Under the pieces are notes generated by a model that worked only from the letters and a program-made list of their open reading frames with translations, was not told the origin of the DNA and searched no databases. 64,000 nucleotides of DNA from an uncultured Gemmataceae bacterium (GTDB taxonomy: Bacteria > Planctomycetota > Planctomycetia > Gemmatales > Gemmataceae): the NCBI GenBank assembly GCA_963750165.1, contig CAVVPN010000003.1, positions 3,168,001 to 3,232,000 on the forward strand, given 5' to 3'. The number at the start of each line of letters is the position of its first letter. Position 1 is the stretch's first letter. The translations under genes and the position numbers were made by a program. Shown one piece after another: positions 57,101-64,000 of this stretch.

Positions 57101-60100
57101 TGACCAGCACGATCACCGGCACCAGCGGCACCATCGCCGTCAGCGCCGCGGCGGCCACGCACTTCAGCGTCAGCGCTCCCAGCAGCGCCACGGCGGGCAG
57201 CGCCTTCAACGTCACGGTGACGGCGCAGGACGCCTTCAACAACACCGCCACCGGCTACAGCGGCACCGTCCACTTCACCAGCACGGACGGTAGTGCCACG
57301 CTGCCGGTCAACAATACGCTCACCAACGGCGTCGGCACCTTCAGTGCCACCCTGCAGACGGCCGGCAACCAGACGTTGACCGCCACCGATACGGTGACCA
57401 GCACGATCACCGGCACCAGCAACACGATCACGGTCAGCACCTTCCCCGCTACGCACTTCGCCGTCAGCGCCCCGAGCAGCGCCACGGCGGGCAGCGCCTT
57501 CACCTTCACGGTCACGGCCCTGGACGCCAGCAACAACCCGACCACAGGGTACAGTGGCACGGTGCATTTCGCCAGCAGCGACGGCCAGGCGGTGTTGCCG
57601 GCAGACACCACCCTGACGAACGGCACCGGCACCTTCAGCGTCACGCTCAAGACGGCCGGCAGCCAGACCCTCACGGCCACCGACACCACTACCAGCACGA
57701 TCACCGGCACCAGCGCCGCCATCGCCGTCAGCGCCGCCGCCGCCACCCACTTCAGCGTCACCGCCCCGGCCACGGCCACGGCGGGCAGCGCCTTCAACTT
57801 CACGGTGACGGCGCAGGATGCCTTCAACAACGCCGCCACGGGCTATACCGGCACCGTCCACTTCACCAGCAGCGACGGCCAGGCCGTCCTGCCCGCCAAT
57901 AGCACCCTGACCAACGGCACCGGCACCTTCAGCGTCACGCTCAAGACGGCCGGCAACCAGACCGTGACCGCCACCGATACGGTGACCAGCACGATCACCG
58001 GCACCAGCGCCGCCATCGCCGTCAGCGCCGCCGCCGCCACCCACTTCAGCGTCACCGCCCCGGCCACGGCCACGGCGGGCAGCGCCTTCAACTTCACGGT
58101 GACGGCGCAGGATGCCTTCAACAACACGGCGACGGGCTACAGCGGCACCGTCCACTTCACCAGCTCCGATGGCCAGGCGGTGCTGCCGGCCAACAGCACG
58201 CTGACCAGCGGTGTCGGCACCTTCAGCGTCACCCTCAAAACCGCCGGCAACCAGACGATTACGGCCACCGATACGGTGACCAGCACGATCACCGGTACCA
58301 GCGCCGCCATCGCCGTCAGTGCCGCGGCGGCCACGCACTTCAGCGTCACTGCTCCGGCCACGGCCACGGCGGGCAGCGCCTTCAACTTCACGGTGACGGC
58401 GCAGGATGCCTTCAACAACGCCGCCACGGGCTACAGCGGCACCGTCCACTTCACCAGCAGCGATGGCCAGGCCGTCCTGCCCGCCAATAGCACGCTGACC
58501 AACGGCACCGGCACCTTCAGCGTGACGCTCAAGACCGCCGGCAACCAGACCGTGACCGCCACCGATACGGTCACCAGCACGATCACCGGTACCAGCGCCG
58601 CCATCGCCGTCAGTGCCGCGGCGGCCACGCACTTCACTGTCACGGCCCCGGCCACGGCCACGGCGGGCAGCGCTTTCAACTTCACGGTGACGGCGCAGGA
58701 TGCCTTCAACAACACCGCCACGGGCTACAGCGGCACCGTCCACTTCACCAGCAGCGACGGCCAGGCCGTCCTGCCCGCCAATAGCACCCTGACCAACGGC
58801 ACCGGCACCTTCAGCGTCACCCTCAAAACCGCCGGCAACCAGACGTTGACCGCCACCGATACGGTGACCAGCACGATCACCGGCACCAGCGCCGCCATCG
58901 CCGTCAGCGCCGCCGCCGCCACCCACTTCAGCGTCACTGCTCCGGCCACAGCCACGGCGGGCAGCGCCTTCAACGTTACGGTGACGGGCAGGACGCCTTC
59001 AACAACACCGCCACCAGCTACAGCGGCACCGTCCACTTCACGAGCACGGACGGCCAGGCGGTGCTGCCGGCGAACAGCACGCTGACCAACGGCACCGGCA
59101 CCTTCAGCGTCACGCTCAAGACCGCCGGCAACCAGACCGTGACCGCCACCGATACGGTGACCAGCACGATCACCGGCACCAGCGCCGCCATCGCCGTCAG
59201 CGCCGCCGCCGCCACCCACTTCAGCGTCACTGCTCCGGCCACAGCCACGGCGGGCAGCGCCTTCAACTTCACGGTGACGGCGCAGGATGCCTTCAACAAC
59301 GCCGCCACGGGCTACAGCGGCACCGTCCACTTCACCAGCAGCGACGGCCAGGCCGTCCTGCCCGCCAATAGCACCCTGACCAACGGCACCGGCACCTTCA
59401 GCGTGACGCTCAAGACCGCCGGCAACCAGACCGTGACCGCCACCGATACGGTCACCAGCACGATCACCGGTACCAGCGCCGCCATCGCCGTCAGTGCCGC
59501 GGCGGCCACGCACTTCACTGTCACGGCCCCGGCCACGGCCACGGCGGGCAGCGCTTTCAACTTCACGGTGACGGCGCAGGATGCCTTCAACAACACCGCC
59601 ACGGGCTACAGCGGCACCGTCCACTTCACCAGCAGCGACGGCCAGGCCGTCCTGCCCGCCAATAGCACCCTGACCAACGGCACCGGCACCTTCAGCGTCA
59701 CCCTCAAAACCGCCGGCAACCAGACGTTGACCGCCACCGATACGGTGACCAGCACGATCACCGGCACCAGCGCCGCCATCGCCGTCAGTGCCGCGGCGGC
59801 CACGCACTTCAGCGTCACGGCTCCGGCCACGGCCACGGCGGGCAGCGCCTTCAACGTCACGGTGACGGCGCAGGATGCCTTCAACAACGCCGCCACGGGC
59901 TACAGCGGCACCGTCCACTTCACCAGCAGCGATGGCCAGGCCGTCCTGCCCGCCAATAGCACGCTGACCAACGGCACCGGCACCTTCAGCGTGACGCTCA
60001 AGACCGCCGGCAACCAGACCGTGACCGCCACCGATACGGTCACCAGCACGATCACCGGTACCAGCGCCGCCATCGCCGTCAGTGCCGCGGCGGCCACGCA

Positions 60101-63100
60101 CTTCACTGTCACGGCTCCGGCCACGGCCACGGCGGGCAGCGCTTTCAACTTCACGGTGACGGCGCAGGATGCCTTCAACAACACCGCCACGGGCTACAGC
60201 GGCACCGTCCACTTCACCAGCAGCGACGGCCAGGCCGTCCTGCCCGCCAATAGCACCCTGACCAACGGCACCGGCACCTTCAGCGTCACCCTCAAAACCG
60301 CCGGCAACCAGACGTTGACCGCCACCGATACGGTGACCAGCACGATCACCGGCACCAGCGCCGCCATCGCCGTCAGTGCCGCGGCGGCCACGCACTTCAG
60401 CGTCACGGCTCCGGCCACGGCCACGGCGGGCAGCGCCTTCAACTTCACGGTGACGGCGCAGGATGCCTTCAACAACGCCGCCACGGGCTACAGCGGCACC
60501 GTCCACTTCACCAGCAGCGATGGCCAGGCCGTCCTGCCCGCCAATAGCACCCTGACCAACGGCACCGGCACCTTCAGCGTGACGCTCAAGACCGCCGGCA
60601 ACCAGACCGTGACCGCCACCGATACGGTGACCAGCACGATCACCGGCACCAGCGCCGCCATCGCCGTCAGCGCCGCCGCCGCCACCCACTTCAGCGTCAC
60701 TGCTCCGGCCACAGCCACGGCGGGCAGCGCCTTCAACGTTACGGTGACGGCGCAGGACGCCTTCAACAACACCGCCACCAGCTACAGCGGCACCGTCCAC
60801 TTCACGAGCACGGACGGCCAGGCGGTGCTGCCGGCCAACAGCACGCTGACCAACGGCACCGGCACCTTCAGCGTGACGCTCAAGACCGCCGGCAACCAGA
60901 CGCTGACCGCCACCGACACGGTGACCAGCACGATCACCGGCACCAGCGGCACCATCGCCGTCAGCGCCGCCGCCGCCACCCACTTCAGCGTCAGCGCTCC
61001 CAGCAGCGCCACGGCGGGCAGCGCCTTCAACGTCACGGTGACGGCGCAGGACGCCTTCAACAACACCGCCACCGGCTACAGCGGCACCGTCCACTTCACC
61101 AGCACGGACGGTAGTGCCACGCTGCCGGTCAACAATACGCTCACCAACGGCGTCGGCACCTTCAGTGCCACCCTGCAGACGGCCGGCAACCAGACGTTGA
61201 CCGCCACCGATACGGTGACCAGCACGATCACCGGCACCAGCAACACGATCACGGTCAGCACCTTCCCCGCTACGCACTTCGCCGTCAGCGCCCCGAGCAG
61301 CGCCACGGCGGGCAGCGCCTTCACCTTCACGGTCACGGCCCTGGACGCCAGCAACAACCCGACCACAGGGTACAGTGGCACGGTGCATTTCGCCAGCAGC
61401 GACGGCCAGGCGGTGCTGCCGGCGAACAGCACGCTGACCAACGGCACCGGCACCTTCAGCGTCACGCTCAAGACGGCCGGCAGCCAGACCCTCACGGCCA
61501 CCGATACGGTCACCAGCACGATCACCGGCACCAGCGCCGCCATCGCCGTCAGCGCCGCCGCCGCCACCCACTTCAGCGTCACCGCCCCCAGCAGTGCCAC
61601 GGCGGGCAGCGCCTTCAACTTCACGGTGACGGCGCTGGACGCCTTCAACAACACGGCGACGGGCTACAGCAGCACCGTCCACTTCACCAGCACGGACGGC
61701 CAGGCCGTGCTGCCCGCCAATAGCACCCTGACCAACGGCACCGGCACCTTCAGCGTGACGCTCAAGACCGCCGGTAGCCAGACCCTGACGGCCACCGACA
61801 CGGTGACCAGCACGATCACCGGTACCAGCGCCGCCATCGCCGTCAGCGCCGCCGCCGCCACCCACTTCAGCGTCAGCGCCCCGGCCACGGCCACGGCGGG
61901 CAGCGCTTTCAACTTCACGGTGACGGCGCAGGACGCCTTCAACAACACCGCCAGTGGCTACAGCGGCACCGTCCACTTCACCAGCAGTGACGGCCAGGCC
62001 GTCCTGCCCGCCAATAGCACCCTGACCAACGGCACCGGCACCTTCAGCGTGACGCTCAAGACCGCCGGCAACCAGACCGTGACCGCCACCGATACGGTGA
62101 CCAGCACGATCACCGGCACCAGCGCCGCCATCGCCGTCAGTGCCGCGGCGGCCACGCACTTCAGCGTCACGGCTCCGGCCACGGCCACGGCGGGCAGCGC
62201 CTTCACCTTCACGGTGACGGCGCAGGACCAGTTCAATAACACGGCGACGGGCTACAGCGGCACCGTCCACTTCACCAGCAGTGACGGCCAGGCCGTGCTG
62301 CCGGCGAACAGCACGCTGACCAACGGCACCGGCACCTTCAGCGTGACGCTCAAGACCGCTGGCAACCAGACCGTGACCGCCACCGACACGGTGACCAGCA
62401 CGATCACCGGTACCAGCGCCGCCATCGCCGTCAGTGCCGCGGCGGCCACGCACTTCAGCGTCACTGCTCCGGCCACGGCCACGGCGGGCAGCGCCTTCAA
62501 CTTCACGGTGACGGCGCAGGATGCCTTCAACAACGCCGCCACGGGCTATACCGGCACCGTCCACTTCACCAGCAGCGACGGCCAGGCCGTCCTGCCCGCC
62601 AATAGCACCCTGACCAACGGCACCGGCACCTTCAGCGTCACGCTCAAGACGGCCGGCAACCAGACGTTGACCGCCACCGATACGGTGACCAGCACGATCA
62701 CCGGCACCAGCGCCGCCATCGCCGTCAGTGCCGCGGCGGCCACGCACTTCAGCGTCACGGCTCCGGCCACGGCCACGGCGGGCAGCGCCTTCACCTTCAC
62801 GGTGACGGCGCAGGACCAGTTCAATAACACGGCGACGGGCTACAGCGGCACCGTCCACTTCACCAGCAGTGACGGCCAGGCCGTGCTGCCGGCGAACAGC
62901 ACGCTGACCAACGGCACCGGCACCTTCAGCGTGACGCTCAAGACCGCTGGCAACCAGACCGTGACCGCCACCGATACGGTGACCAGCAGCATCACCGGTA
63001 CCAGCGCCGCCATCGCCGTCAGTGCCGCGGCGGCCACGCACTTCAGCGTCACTGCTCCGGCCACGGCCACGGCGGGCAGCGCCTTCAACTTCACGGTGAC

Positions 63101-64000
63101 GGCGCAGGATGCCTTCAACAACGCCGCCACGGGCTACAGCGGCACCGTCCACTTCACCAGTAGCGATGGTCAGGCGGTGCTGCCGGCTAATAGTACGCTC
63201 ACCAGCGGTGTCGGCACCTTCAGCGTCACGCTCAAGACGGCCGGCAACCAGACGATTACGGCCACCGATACGGTGACCAGCACGATCACCGGCACCAGCA
63301 GCGCCATCACGGTCAGCGCCGCCGCCGCCACGCACTTCAGCGTCACGGCTCCGGCCACGGCCACGGCGGGCAGCGCCTTCACCTTCACGGTGACGGCGCA
63401 GGACGCCTTCAACAACACCGCCACGGGCTACAGCGGCACCGTCCACTTCACCAGCTCCGATGGCCAGGCGGTGCTGCCGGCGAACAGCACGCTGACCAAC
63501 GGCACCGGCACCTTCAGCGTGACGCTCAAGACCGCTGGCAACCAGACCGTGACCGCCACCGACACGGTGACCAGCACGATCACCGGCACCAGCGCCGCCA
63601 TCGCCGTCAGCGCCGCCGCCGCCACCCACTTCACCGTCACTGCTCCGTCCACGGCCACGGCGGGCAGCGCCTTCAACTTTACAGTGACGGCCCTGGACGC
63701 CTTCAACAACACCGCCACGGGCTACAGCGGCACCGTCCACTTCACCAGTAGCGACGGCCAGGCCGTCCTGCCCGCCAATAGCACCCTGACCAACGGCACC
63801 GGCACCTTCAGCGTGACGCTCAAGACCGCTGGCAACCAGACGCTCACGGCCACCGACACGGTGACCAGCACGATCACCGGCACCAGCAGCGCCATCACGG
63901 TCAGCGCCGCCGCCGCCACCCACTTCAGCGTCACCGCCCCGGCCACGGCCACCGCCGGGACGGCGTTCAGCGTGACGGTGACAGCGCAGGACGCCTTCAA
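51199..64000 (+). CDS. Giant scaffoldin-like secreted protein (partial, >4,200 aa) with six cohesin-like domains and >32 Ig-like repeats; 1-bp deletion at 58987/58988
   Basis: Leader RKRLGVELLESRVLPA. ORF 51187-59085 breaks where GTGACGGCGCAGG reads GTGACGGGCAGG; repeats continue at 294-bp period in the shifted frame to the window end. Confidence 0.9.
51328..56553 (+). repeat. Three near-identical cohesinA-cohesinB blocks (51328-52371, 53272-54315, 55510-56553)
   Basis: GTVVTVPVTI..GLAGADVTLTYDPNVFTV..LADISFHV (A) and GQTITVPVNI..AIIYDPNVLTV..GSLWLVTFTV..DGSVQI (B); block offsets 1944 and 2238 bp. Confidence 0.85.
56569..64000 (+). repeat. Tandem array of 294-bp (98-aa) Ig-like repeats: 25 complete copies plus a partial one
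   Basis: Constant 294-bp period (one 293-bp unit); the 26th copy starts at 63918. Confidence 0.95.

Noticed and set aside
16601..63923. Very long minus-strand ORFs (1,700-3,100 aa) and the many 96-aa antisense ORFs
   Set aside because: Shadows of the strongly biased, repetitive plus-strand genes; the translations are low-complexity G/A/R/V with no domains
56569..64000. Regular repeat array as CRISPR or non-coding satellite
   Set aside because: 294-bp in-frame coding units with synonymous variation and no unique spacers; no cas genes

Overview
High-GC bacterial DNA, very probably a planctomycete (Gemmataceae-like). This is inferred from the 'LE.LE.R.L' leader peptides, the Ser/Thr-kinase/ECF-sigma pair and the PEP-CTERM and Uma2 genes. 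The first ~16 kb is ordinary: kinase + ECF sigma, PEP-CTERM protein, Uma2 nuclease, GH57 branching enzyme, amidohydrolase, rfbB, ugd, a SAM methyltransferase and a TolC/HlyD/FUSC efflux cassette. The remaining ~48 kb holds two tandem giant secreted-protein genes. Giant 1 (~11,400 aa) is a passenger-type beta-helix rod carrying two PA14 domains, four CBM-like domains (one circularly permuted), an L-type lectin and phage-tail-like modules. It ends in Ig repeats and a cohesin-dockerin-cohesin block, with no autotransporter barrel. Giant 2 (>4,200 aa, runs off the window) has three near-identical pairs of cohesin-like domains and >32 98-aa Ig-like repeats, like a scaffoldin on a stalk. Together they suggest a non-catalytic, cellulosome-style cohesin-dockerin assembly of lectin-bearing fibres. 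Four genes show apparent single-base deletions, most simply explained as long-read errors. All domain calls come from motif recognition by eye, not from database searches.
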